Positions 1 to 12,100 of a stretch of DNA of 64,000 nt are shown here, piece by piece. Source of the DNA: Octopus vulgaris. Lineage: Eukaryota. The notes below the pieces were generated by a model. It was not told where the DNA came from. It made no database searches and saw only the letters and a list, made by a program, of their open reading frames with translations. Position 1 is the stretch's first letter. Each line of letters opens with the position of its first letter. The stretch is from contig OX597822.1 of assembly GCA_951406725.2 (NCBI GenBank), positions 102,610,001 to 102,674,000 of the forward strand. The letters run 5' to 3'. Both the position numbers and the translations under genes were made by a program.

Positions 1-626
1 ATACCAGCATGGACAACAAATGTTAAATGATGATGATGATCTTGTTGCAGATAAAAACAAATTGTTATATTTATTGATGTGCTCATTGCACTTCACAGTT
101 AAACAAATGTTGTGGTCAAAATTATGCTTCTTCAAGCTCACCTAATCTGTACATAGTGACAACCAATGACCAAAAGTGAACATTATGCCCATAGTCATTC
201 TTGAACTAGTTTAAAATGTTAGCCACTTAGTAACAGGGAAAAACTCAACTCTAATTTCATATCCTGTTCTACATTATAACGTGTGGCTTTAATGTATATA
301 TATTTGTACATACATGCCAGCATTTGTGTGTATGAATGATTCATTAAACTTCCTTTCTCAGTTATTTTCAGTCATGTTTTTTTTATAAATGCCTGTATGT
401 GAGAGGGTAATATAAATTATGATTAAACACAAGTTTATATCATAATTTACCCTACATTTGCTGTTTATCATAACCAGTGGTACTACAAAGTACAGTAACA
501 GCCACACCACTATACTGAATGCAGACTGGATGGTAATGCTCTGTAAGGAACTCTAAACTCACCCGTAGCAGTCGTATCATTTGTGAGTTACAAGCTCTGA
601 TTAATGTATAAAAGTCACAAATATCA

Positions 627-966
627 AGAGCAGCCAACTGGCTTCCGTGCCAGTGGCACATAAAAGGGCACCATTCGAGCGTGATCATTACCAACGTCGC
701 CTTACTGGCACCCGTGCTGGTGTCATGTGTAAAAGGATTCGAGCGAGGTCGTTGCCAGTAACGCCTGAATGGCCCCCGTGCTGGTGGCACGTAAAAAGCA
801 CCCACTACACTCTCGGAGTGGTTGGTGTTAGGAAGGGCATCCAGCTGTAGAAACTCTGCCAGATCAAGATTGAAGCATGGTGCAGCCATCTGGTTTGCCA
901 GCCCTCAGTCAAAATGGCCCAACCCATGCTAGCATAGAAAGCGGACGTTAAACGATGATGATGATG
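627..966 (+). mobile_element. SINE family A ((GAT)n tail), 5'-truncated
   Basis: Shared core gttaggaagggcatccagctgtagaaac...aacccatgctagcatggaaagcggacgttaaacgatgatg, repeated at least 18 times in the window. Confidence 0.8.
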
Positions 967-1368
967 AGGAGGAGGAGGCGAGATGATTTCAACAGGTTGC
1001 TATAGTATAAGTGGTTTTTTAAAAAGCACACATGCTAGCCTAAAAGAGCATCAAAAAATAACAGGACAGGAAAACGTAGCATACCTACTTCAACTATCAA
1101 TATAACAGCTGCATAATACCAAAATCAACAAGGTTCAATAGTTTTTGCAATTCAAGGGAAATAAATGCAGCACAAAGTGCTTTATGATATTCAGATATGT
1201 CCTTTTACGCTCTGATTGCAGTTGATTTTGCCTAACCTCATTCCTGGGTCACTGAAATTAGTACATCTATCAATCAACTATATTTCCTCCACTAAAACAA
1301 AAAACAACCTGTGGTCAAGTATCAAGTATACCAGATATTCAGTTACAATAGCAAAATAATTTAATTCT

Positions 1369-1632
1369 CTATCATGCAAAGTAACGTGAAAGGTAGAAGA
1401 GTCCAGTTTGCTGGACATTGTTGTAGAGCTGAAAACGAGGTAATTTCTACTCTTCTCCTCTGGAAGCCATCTACTCACGATACCAGAGGGCGCACACTCT
1501 CCTACCCTGATGTAATCTCCAGGGATACAGGCATCCAGCAACAGGACCTCCGTAATGCTATGATGGACTGTGAAGTCTGGTGTAGCATAGTAAATTCCAT
1601 TGTCTCAACCATGGTCGAACAATGAATGAATG
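1369..1632 (+). mobile_element. RTE-clade LINE 3' fragment
   Basis: ORF VKGRRVQFAGHCCR...W resembles the RTE C-terminus; (AATG)n tail. Confidence 0.7.
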
Positions 1633-1968
1633 TAAAATAAGGGACCAGTAAATAATTAAATTTAAAAAACCCAGCTTTCCCACCCATGTGCATTTTATTC
1701 AGTTCTTAGCAGTTCTGTATCTTAGCTGTCCAGTTGTTACTCTGCTATATATTTAATAACTAAGAGATTCCCCTCTCTCTATAATTCAAACACAAATACC
1801 CACCCAACTGCTACGTGCTCTAATCCTTACACTGACACCACAGTCTTTCTCAGGAAGATATACTATTTTAGTAATTTAATCTCAGACTGAAAGTAAAACT
1901 ATTCTGAATAAGAATTAAAAGAGTTTAGATTCAGTTCAGTGATGCATTTTAATATGAAAATATATAGA

Positions 1969-2112
1969 GGTGTAGGTGTGTCTGTGTGGTTAAGAAGTTT
2001 GTTCCCTAGCTACATGGTTTTGGGCTCAGTCTTATTGTGTGGCAACTTGGGCAAATGTCTTCTACTGGACAGATCAATGCCTTGTGAGCGGATATGGTAG
2101 ACAGAAACTGAA
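1969..2112 (+). mobile_element. tRNA-derived SINE family C, partial
   Basis: Head ggtgtaggtgtgtctgtgtggttaagaag...ttgggcaaatgtcttctac shared with other copies. Confidence 0.65.
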
Positions 2113-2262
2113 ATATTACCTTGTTTGGAAACAGTTGAGGGTTGGTGTCATGAAAGGCATTTGACCATAGAAAAAAATCTGCCTCACTAAACCCTGTCTG
2201 ACCCATGCAAGCATGAAAAGTAGATGGTAATATATATATATATATATGGAGAGAGAGAGAGA

Positions 2263-2601
2263 GAGATGTACTTGCATAGCAAGTGACCTGATCTGAGATC
2301 GTGTGCTGAAACAAAAACAATTGCAGCATGGAAGGTATTTATAAGCCATTTAAGAAACACACAAAACCGTTAGATTCACTTCAACATTTAAATTTAATTT
2401 GCCAAAATATTTTTGTCGCTTTGAGACCGCGACCTGTTCTCCAACAACATGAGATGTACTACGGAATTTTGTCAGTGAACAGGTCACGGTCTCAAAGCGA
2501 CGAAAATATTTTGGCAAATTAAATTTAAATGTTGAAGCGAAGCTAACAGTGTTTGTGTGTTTTTAAATGGCTTATAAACACCTTACACACTGCAATTGTT
2601 T
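2263..2601. repeat. Inverted pair of partial repeat copies (foldback)
   Basis: About 2315-2439 is the reverse complement of about 2477-2601; gagatgtact occurs at 2263 and 2451. Confidence 0.8.
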
Positions 2602-2604
2602 ATA

Positions 2605-2778
2605 TCATCATCATCGTTTAACGTCCGTTCTCCATGCTAGCATGAGTTGGACGGTTCGACCGGGGATCTGGGAAGCCAGAAGGCTGCACCAGGCTCCGGT
2701 CTTATCTGGCAATGTTTCTACAGCTGGATGTCCTTCCTAACGCCAACCACTCCATGAGTGTAGTGGGTGCTTTTTACA
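2605..2778 (-). mobile_element. SINE family A
   Basis: catcatcatcgtttaacgtccg... (reverse complement of the family A tail). Confidence 0.75.
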
Positions 2779-2791
2779 TGTATATATATAC

Positions 2792-2840
<49 letters not shown>

Positions 2841-3402
2841 TCGTCATCAGTAATATTTTACCGTCTACTTTTCATGCTTGCACGGGTCAGATAGGGTTTA
2901 GTGAGGCAGATTTTTTCCTATGGTCAAATGCTTTTCATGTTACCAACCCTCAACTGTTTCCAAGCAAGGTATTATTTTCCCATGGCCAGACACGTTTTCA
3001 TTTGGAAATGAACGACACTGCGTGTATGACAGTGACACTCATTTACAACTATGTATGCATGTATGTATATATGTGTAGATGTGAATGTGTTTATGTTTGT
3101 GTCTCTTTATCTTGACATGATGTGAAGGTTACAAAACAAGCATCACCATCATCCAAATGATGTTTGTTTGTTTTCAGTCTTCCATGAAGAACGTGTCTGG
3201 CCATGGAGAAACATTACCTTGCATGAAAAATAGGTGAGGGTTGGTGACAGTAAAGGCATCTCTGGTCATACAAAGCCTGCCTCAATAAACTCCATCTGAA
3301 CCATGCAAGCATAGAAAAAGTGGACACAAAAACAATGATGATAATGATCATCATCATCATCCTTAACATGAAGCAATGTAAAAGCAAGGCAGGCTCTTGA
3401 AA

Positions 3403-3579
3403 TCATCATCGTTTAACGTCCGCTTTCCATGCTAGCATGGGTTGGACGATTTTGACTGAGGGCTGGTGAACCAGATGGCTGCACCAGGCTCCAATCTTGA
3501 TTTGGCAGAGTTTCTACAGCTGGATGCCTTTCCTAACACCAATACCCTTCCTAATGCCAGGATGCCCTTCCTAACGCCA
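3403..3579 (-). mobile_element. SINE family A, 5'-truncated with triplicated truncation end
   Basis: Family core; ccttcctaa(c/t)(a/g)cc repeated three times at 3527-3578. Confidence 0.8.
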
Positions 3580-3591
3580 AAAAAATGTATC

Positions 3592-3650
3592 AGGTTCTAC
3601 CGAGACACGAACTCGGATTGCTGGATTCAGAGTCCAGAGTGCTAACCATT
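3592..3650 (-). pseudogene. 5'-truncated tRNA-Gln(CTG) pseudogene
   Basis: Minus strand AATGGTTAGCACTCTGGACTCTGAATCCAGCAATCCGAGTTCGTGTCTCGGTAGAACCT matches eukaryotic tRNA-Gln; anticodon at 3628-3630; about 13 nt missing at the 5' end. Confidence 0.88.
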
Positions 3651-3768
3651 GTCATTTTTATGCCAGCTTTTATGATCAGTTCATCAGCATTTGTTACCAT
3701 ATACCAAAGCATGCTATGTCTCAAGTTTCCTGTGTTTGCAGTATTGTAATCATACAGAAATCACTTAC

Positions 3769-3862
3769 CCGCTCTAGCTCATCACTAAGCCACTCAACTG
3801 CCCAAGTCCACTTCCTTTTCAGATCACCATTACTCTGTAACATCTGAGCTGCAGGGATACAA
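3769..3862 (-). CDS. USP9X: USP9X exon ([31 protein letters not shown])
   Basis: 94 nt, TAG/GTAAG; last exon found in the window. Confidence 0.94.
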
Positions 3863-6800
3863 CTAAAAAATAAGAGGGAGAAAACATTTAAGAGATAAGC
3901 TTCAAATAGCAAATCACAACAATCCAACTCACGTAACCTACTTAAACATAATGAAATTATTGTATACAGTGCTCAGGTACACCACAAAGTGCTCAGATGC
4001 ACCACAAGTTCTCAGGTGCACCACAAGTGCTCGGGTGTACCACAAAATGCTCGGGTACACCAGAAGTGCTCAGGTGCACCACAAGTGCTCGGGTGCACCA
4101 CAAAATGCTCGGGTGCACCACAAATGCTCGGGTGTACCACAAAATGCTCGGGCACACCATAAGTGCTCAGGTGCACCACAAAGTGCTCAGGTGCACCACA
4201 AGTGCTCAGGTGCACCAGCATATACTTCTTCCCTTCAGCTGGAACACAAAACTAGAATTGCTCCAGTTTCGTTACCTTTCTGCAGTACCATTTATTTTAT
4301 AGACAAGTCCTCAATCTTTTAACTAACTCATATACTCAAATCACAAGTATTTGATAACAAATCTGAGCCATGACTAAGTTCAGCGGGATTCTATGAGAAA
4401 TCATTGAACCTAGTCCTTTGGAAACTACTCTTTATCCATGCCACCCTCTGCATAAAATTCTCAAACATACATCATTAAGTACCTGAGATTTTCCAGGCTC
4501 TTTCACATACAAAATTTGGTGAAGATGACATCGTTCTGGCAAAACTATTGGAATAATAGCTGGGGGAACAAACATCAATGCTCTTATATCAATCTTACTG
4601 CATCTCAGATGTTTCAATAGCTGAGAAATAATTCTTTAGCCATGTTCTATTATAGTTCATCATCATCATCATTGTTTAACGTCCGCTTTCCATGCTAGCA
4701 TGGGTTGGACGGTTCGACTGGGGCTCTGGGAAGCCAGAAGGCTGCACCAGGCCCAGTCTGATCGGGCAATGTTTCTACGGCTGGATGCCCTTCCTAACGC
4801 CAACCACTCCGTGAGTGTAGTGGGTGCTTTTTATGTGCCACCGACACAGATGCCAGACGAGGCTGGCAAACGGCCACGATCGGATGGTGTTTGTTATGTG
4901 CCACCAGCACGGAGTCCAGTCGATGCGGTACTGGCTACGACCACGTTCGGATGGTTTTCTTATGTGCCACAAACAAAATCTCTACGACACAGTTCTGATC
5001 TCCACTTAAAAGTTATTATATGATCAGTGTGGGGTAGTGTATTTAAAACACCCTCATACATAGCTATTAATTTATTCACTGCAAGAAAGAAAAATCAAAT
5101 TTTCTGAAACCGCAATTTTCAGAAAATAAAACAAAATTTCATAACAGCGATAATTCATTAAGAAAAACTTACTGTGTAAAAAGCAACACCATCATTTTGA
5201 TGCATTGATAGGCTCTCTTTTGATAATGATTTTTAGACCGTTGAATGGTATCAAATAAGCCATCTCTATCATCAGGAATACCTACAGACAAAAGAATTTT
5301 TAACTTTATATGAATTCATTTAAAATTTAAAACGCATAAGCATGATCAAAATATAAATGCATTAATATATTAAGTGATTCAATTTTAAGTCTAATTCTAA
5401 AATACTGCAATCATATGTTTTATAGAAAGAGACAGACAGACAGACTGGGATAGAGTCACAGAGAGACAGACAAAGTTTCTATGTACAAAATATATCAGAA
5501 ATCAACACAATCAAGTTTAACTTGTCTTTGAAAAACTGTTCTTCAAAATGTTCTCGGCTAGTGTTTCAACATTTATGAATATTCATAATAAAACTATTAC
5601 GACTTGTCATTTATTACTGAAATTATTGTTTTTGATCTTGTGTTCAAGAATAGGTCATTAAACGGTCATAATTCCAGTTATTTCCAGTCATTATTCAAAG
5701 TAATGGGAATTATAAGATAGACAGAGACCCAGCACAGAATTAAAATTCCATGAAAGAAAGGGCCTGAAATGAGAGATGTTTTAATATCCTACAGAATTAA
5801 GTGGTCAGGAAAAGGTTAAGCATTGGTACAGTTCTACAGTAAGAAACAAGCATTAAGCGTTAGTAAATTTACCTTTAAGTGCATTGTGAATTCGATGATT
5901 TTGCCACGAATCATCAAGCATTAACATTTGAAATAAAAGTTCCAAATAGGGTTTCAATTCATAAGTGTATGAGTAAGCCACCTGTAATAAAAAGAAAATA
6001 TATCATTCATCAACATTTTGATTTTGTCTTCTTCATACAAAACAATAAACATTAAAAAAAAATAATTTGCATAAACAAATTTATACAACTTCTGCAATAA
6101 AGAAATTTTTCTTATACCGACTTGTATATTTCTTGTACTGACTAAACTAAAAATACATTTTTCTTATATTCGCACACTGACACTCTCTGCCACCTTAATC
6201 ATTACCTTTAGTCATATTGAGAATATTTAGTCCTTTTGGATACTAATCTGACAGAGACTGTCCCTATAACAAAGTGCTGGTTCTGTAATATTAAATACTG
6301 GTTCTCTATACAAAGTTTCCATTTTAAAGAGATCTAAATTAAAATCTTCCATCAACATGTCATATTCCAAACATCAGCTTAATAAGGATCGTTATTTTAC
6401 TAAATCCTTCGTTATTTTCAAAATTAATTGAAACAAACCCAGTGTATTCCAACAGAAATATAACAAAGGGGTTAAAGTAATTAAAATGAAAGTGAACAAT
6501 GAAAGCAAATATTTTGACATCCCCCAACAAACTACAATCTCTATCCTCATACAATTTGAATTTATTTAAAAACAGAAAAAGAGGGAGAAGTTATCTTTTA
6601 ATCCTTGACTAACACACAAAGCATAGGCTTTAATCTTCATTTCTATAGAAGAGATGTGTATCTGAAGCTGGCTAGAAACTTAATCAATGGTTTGTCATGC
6701 AGACTGTTCTCACACAATCTGGACCATAAGACCCATAAAAATAAGAGCCTCCAAACTGCTACAAAGTCATACAGAAAAACAAGAGAAGCTGAGAAAACCA

Positions 6801-9097
6801 GTAATGCTTTGCCATTGACAAACAGAATTCAAAAAAAAGTATTCTGCCAGAAACATTAGGCTTCACTTCTTCTTGACATTAAATTGTTTGTGCTACAAAG
6901 TCAGTTTGATGCTTATTTACAAATGTAATCATACTATTCAATATTTTTGAGATGAGAAATTATGTACGTTATTTACAATGGACAGACAGGTGTCCTCATC
7001 TTGTTTGTTGTTATTACGCTTCAGCTGATGTACTCTCCAGCCTTTATCAGGTGTTCTGGTGGAATTTCAAACCCAACCCTTTATTTGACTAATGGGGTAC
7101 ACTGTTTTCATTCCTAAGGTATGTTGCTGATGTTATTTTTCTGTTGATATTATTTTTCAAGTCTCTGCCTGAGAATCCAAGGGTTAGTAGCCTGTGCTTT
7201 TATCCACTAAACTATATGCCCGTAGGCAATCATAGAGTGAATTTTAGGGCTTATAAACTTCATATTTTATCGCTTCTTAATACCGGTTCCCATATATCAG
7301 CTCATATCTGCACTTAGTCCGCTTAGGAGGTTATTGTGTCGTATGTGCAGCTTCTTTTAATTTTCGTATTTTCCAGTGGTGTTCTCTGTCGATTATTTTA
7401 ACTTCATCCCACAGCGGGAGGTGGTCTCCGTTTTTCCATGCATGATTGGCGATACCTGATTTTTCAACAACCCCTCATGTCACAGCTTTACGATATTCCT
7501 CTACCCTTACTTTAAGTGGGTGGCAAGTTTTGCCTTTGTATAACCTACCACAATTGCATGGGATGGAATACACGCAGTTTTTGGTCATATTCTCTTCTAC
7601 GGGTGGTTTTACTCAGAGAAGATATCTGCAAAGTGTTGTTTTACTTCTGAATACTCTCCTGATGTCATATGGACAGCATATTTTCCGAGACTCCTTGACA
7701 TAGGGTAAACAGACTGTGCTCAGTTTATGAGTTTTATCTTCTCTCCTCTTCCTAATAAGAGTGGACAGTGTGTTCTTTGGGTAGTTGTTGCATAGCAGAT
7801 TGTCTCTTAACCTGATCATTTCTTCCTGGTGCGTATCAGGATCGCTACTTATAGTCTTTGATCGATGTTTTAGGCACTGAACAATCCCTCTCTTTATACT
7901 GTATGGCTGGTGAGAATTGAAGCTGAGGTATTGTCCAGTGAAGGTTGGCTTGTGGTATACAGATGTCCTGGACAAGCATTAAGCATTAATAAATTTACCT
8001 TTGAGTGCTCTGTGAATTCGATGTTACTAATACGTCCAGGAATGTCAGCTGATTGTCCTTTTCCTTTTCCGTTGTGAACCGTATGGATGGCTTTATTGAG
8101 TTCACATGATCTAGTAGGTTCAAAATTCCACCAGAACACCTGATGAAGGCTAGAGAGTACATCAGCCAAAACATTGTGATAACAACAAGCAAGATGAGGA
8201 CACTTATCCATCCAGTGTAAATAAAAAAAATGTAATCATAGTTTCCAGGTAGACTTGTAAGCTTCTAACTGCTGCTGCTGCCACCTCCATCATCATCATC
8301 ATCATCATGTATCAATACTCCAGATCCACCAAAACAATGTGTCAAAAGTAAAATTCTTGAAAGCTCTCAACTGCCAAAAATTTTGCATGTTGCTAATTAT
8401 GTTTTTCAAATAAATTAAAAGTTAAAAAATACTTATATAAAACTATAAAATATATGAAATTACTCACCTGCCATAACAGTTCACTCAAGACTGTTGAGGA
8501 GAAATGAGGATTTTCCCAACTGCAAAACTGTAAAGAGAGATTTTTCAAATTAATTATCAGTAAAAATTTACAAGAAATTAACAATGTAATTGGAAAAAAA
8601 AAATTTTCAGCAATCTAAATCAAAAGTAATTTCATATATTACGTGCACTTTAAAAGTGTTCTCATAAAAATTCTTTCAGTCTCAGACAGAAATAAATAAA
8701 TTAAAAAAATTATAAATATCTTGAAGAATGTTTCCAGCAGTTTCAAATTTTTGATCGCTTTTCTATTTAAATGATAAAATGGTGTCTCTCCAAATATTCT
8801 TAATTATTTCTAATTAAATGATTATTTAACTGGTGAACAATATTTCACCAGCTTTAGGCCCCAGCAAAAAATCTGACATTTGAATAATTCGCTCTCTTAG
8901 AATTAAGTAAGTCCTATTTAGTCACAAGTGTGGCCATGTATTTAAGAAGCTTGACCTCCCAACTGTGTAGTCTCAGGTTCAGTCCCACTGCATGGCACCT
9001 TAGGCAAGTCTCATCTACTATAACCTTGGGCCGACCAAAGCCTTGTGAGTGGATTTGGCAGATGGAAACTGAAAGAAGCCCATCATGTATGTGTAAG

Positions 9098-9147
<50 letters not shown>

Positions 9148-12100
9148 GTATATGTTTGTGTGTCTGTTTGTCCCACTGCACCATCACTTGACAACCGATG
9201 TTGGTGTGTTTGCGTCCCCGTAAATTAGCAGTTCAGCAAAAGAGACCAATAGAATAAGTACTAGGCTTACAAAGAATAAGTTCTGGGGTCAATTTGTTTG
9301 ACTAAAAGCGGGGCTCCAGCATGATCGCAGTCAAACGACTGGAATAAGAGAATATATATGTATAGGTATATCAATCACCACTATCATTTTAATGCCCACT
9401 TTTCCATACTTGCCAAGACAGATTCTCTACAGCTGGATGCCCTTCTTGTCAGCAACTCCCACCTGTTTCCAACCAAGGTTATATTTTTCCCATGGCCAAC
9501 CATGCTTCCATGGAAGATTGGAAATGAAAACCATCACTAGTTTGTTGAACAACCATTACATGATGTCAAGACAAGGACACATACATGTGTACATATGTGT
9601 GTGTGTGTGTGTGTTCTTGTCTTGACATCTAATGATTGTTGTAAATGAGCATCACCACCACACAAGCGGTGTTATTCATTTCCAGTCTTCTGCAAAGAAC
9701 CTGTCAAACCATGGAGAAATATTAGCTTAAAATTTTTGCACAAGGCCAGTAATTTTGGGAGAGTGGATAAGTCAATTACATGGACCCTGGTGCTAGCTGG
9801 CACTTATTTTATCAACCCCCAAAAGGACAAAAGCAAAGTCGACTTCAGTGAAATTTACTCAAAACATAAACATGGACGAAATGCCACCAAGCATCTTGCC
9901 TGGCGTGCTAATGAATCTACCAGCTTGCCACCTTCATCCACGAAGAAATATTACCTCGCTCTGAAAATAGGTGAGGATTGGTGACAGGGAGAGCATCCAG
10001 CTGTAGAAAATCTGCCTGACCCATGTAAGCGAAGAAAAGTGGATATTAAATGATGATGGTGTAGATATCCAACATACCCCGTCTCTCAAATCCTGAGGTT
10101 GATGCATAGTGGATGTGCACACACATTCACATCATCATCGTTGTTTAACGTCCGCTTCCCATGCTAGCATGGGTTGGACGGTTCAACTGGAGTCTGGGAA
10201 GCCAGAAGGCTGCGCCAGGCCCAGTCTGATCTGGCAGTGTTTCTACAGCTGGATGCCCTTTCTAACGCCAACCACTCCGTGAGTGTAGTGGGTGCTTTTT
10301 ACATGCCACCTGCACAGGTGCCAGATGAGGCTGGCAAACGGCCATGATCGGATAGTGCTTTTTACATGCCACCTGCACAGGTGCCAGATGAGGCTGGCAA
10401 ACGGCCATGATCGGATGGTGCTTTTTACGTGCCACTGGCACGGGGGCACACAATAATATATTTCACCATGCTAGTAAACATATAAAATGTAGAAGAGAAA
10501 GCAAAATCTTACTCACCCTCAGCAACTTTGTTGTGTCCTCAGAGTTATTACAATCTTCAATGACCTTTTTAACATAGCTGGATCTGTTATACAATATATC
10601 AGCTACCTGAGTTTGTATAGGCATGAGTGAGGCACAACATGTAGGGTCACCATGCGGATTGGCTAAAGGAGATGAACCCTGAAATAAAGCATGAAACGAA
10701 AACTCACAGAAAGGATTCACAAAACAGTCATTGGTTACAATCCACTTAAATGTTGTTGCCATAAAAATTCATACAACTTACACTACAAAGAATACGAAGA
10801 ATATCATACTAAAGGGTTAAAAAATTTGAATATTCCCATATAAGTAGAACAAAAAGTTTAGGAATAAGATTATCTACTTAAAGTTACTAAAATAAATTAT
10901 TCATGAAACAGGAGCGGTATCTCAGAAAACTATACGGACAAGTGGCAAGCAGAATGATGTAACTGGTTCAAGTATACAACATATAACAAAACTTAAATTC
11001 ATGATCATATGGTCTACAGACTTGCATCTTAACCTCACAGCTAAATGCTCAGGACATAACTAATTTTTAACAAATTATTATAAGTTTCTGATATATCATT
11101 AACCCTTTTGTTATAATATTTGTAACTATAAATTATGAAGAATTTGGTGAAATAGCTTTTGTCATTAAGTTGATGTCTGGAACACAAATTAGTGTGTAAT
11201 TTAAGAAAGGTTTTAGATCAATTAAAAAACAGGAAGTTTGTATGATAAAACTAGTGGCAATCTTGGGCAGGTAGGTATCAAAAGGGTTAATGTTAATGAA
11301 AAACTGAATCTCAGTATCTTCAGGCTTGTACAGTTAAAAACCTGTTAATAGTTCAATTGTAACCCTAAATTGTTACACATTTAACCTGAAGAAAATCAAA
11401 TTTGCCTGACTTGAGAAAGTAAGAGCTCATAAGATTGTAGCTTCATGGAAGTGGTAGTCTAATTTATCTACAAGTGTCATCAGGATTAACGAAGACTAAA
11501 TTAATGAAAATAAAAGAAATGAAAGAAAAAAAGCAGTTAAAAAAATGCTAAATCATAAAATAATTGGTTCTTACATTGACTGATGACTGACATTTGGCTG
11601 ACACATCACAGCAACGCGTTAGGTGAGAAACAACAGAGAAAAGTTTACTCAGATCAGCATACTGGTACTTGATGGCAGGTCCTGGGCCTTCGTCAAGAGC
11701 CACCAACATGAACTGAGCAGGAACATTTAACCTCAACAGCTGTTGCTTCTGCAATCAAAGAAAGAAAAATCAAATGAATTCACTTTTTTTTTTTCACACA
11801 AAATTTATGGAATATTTTTTAGTAAAAATTCATTTCATTAATTCATAGAATTACATAGCTCTGGTGGATGTTTGCTGAAACAGTGGTTACATAACTATAT
11901 ATGTGTATATAACAACACACTCTCAAAAGGAAACTGCAACCATATGTATTTATTCAGAGAAAATAATAGCAATTATATATCAACGTCTTCTATAACTGAA
12001 ATGCCTGCATTAGCTTAAATGATTTAAGCCTTTTGTGATTGTATTTCTAATATAGACAAAGTCCATGTGTTTCAATCAAAAGTCAAAGTGAAATTCGATG

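Noticed and set aside
452-889. 145-aa minus-strand ORF with a donor-like site near 560
   Set aside because: Mostly antisense SINE A; the remainder does not resemble the expected next USP9X exon (RPY...NNWSPP).
3951-4322. Repetitive ORFs (HHKCSGAPQ...) and a CRISPR-like periodic look
   Set aside because: Units are contiguous with no unique spacers, no cas genes are present, and the context is a eukaryotic intron; the ORFs are translation artefacts of the minisatellite.
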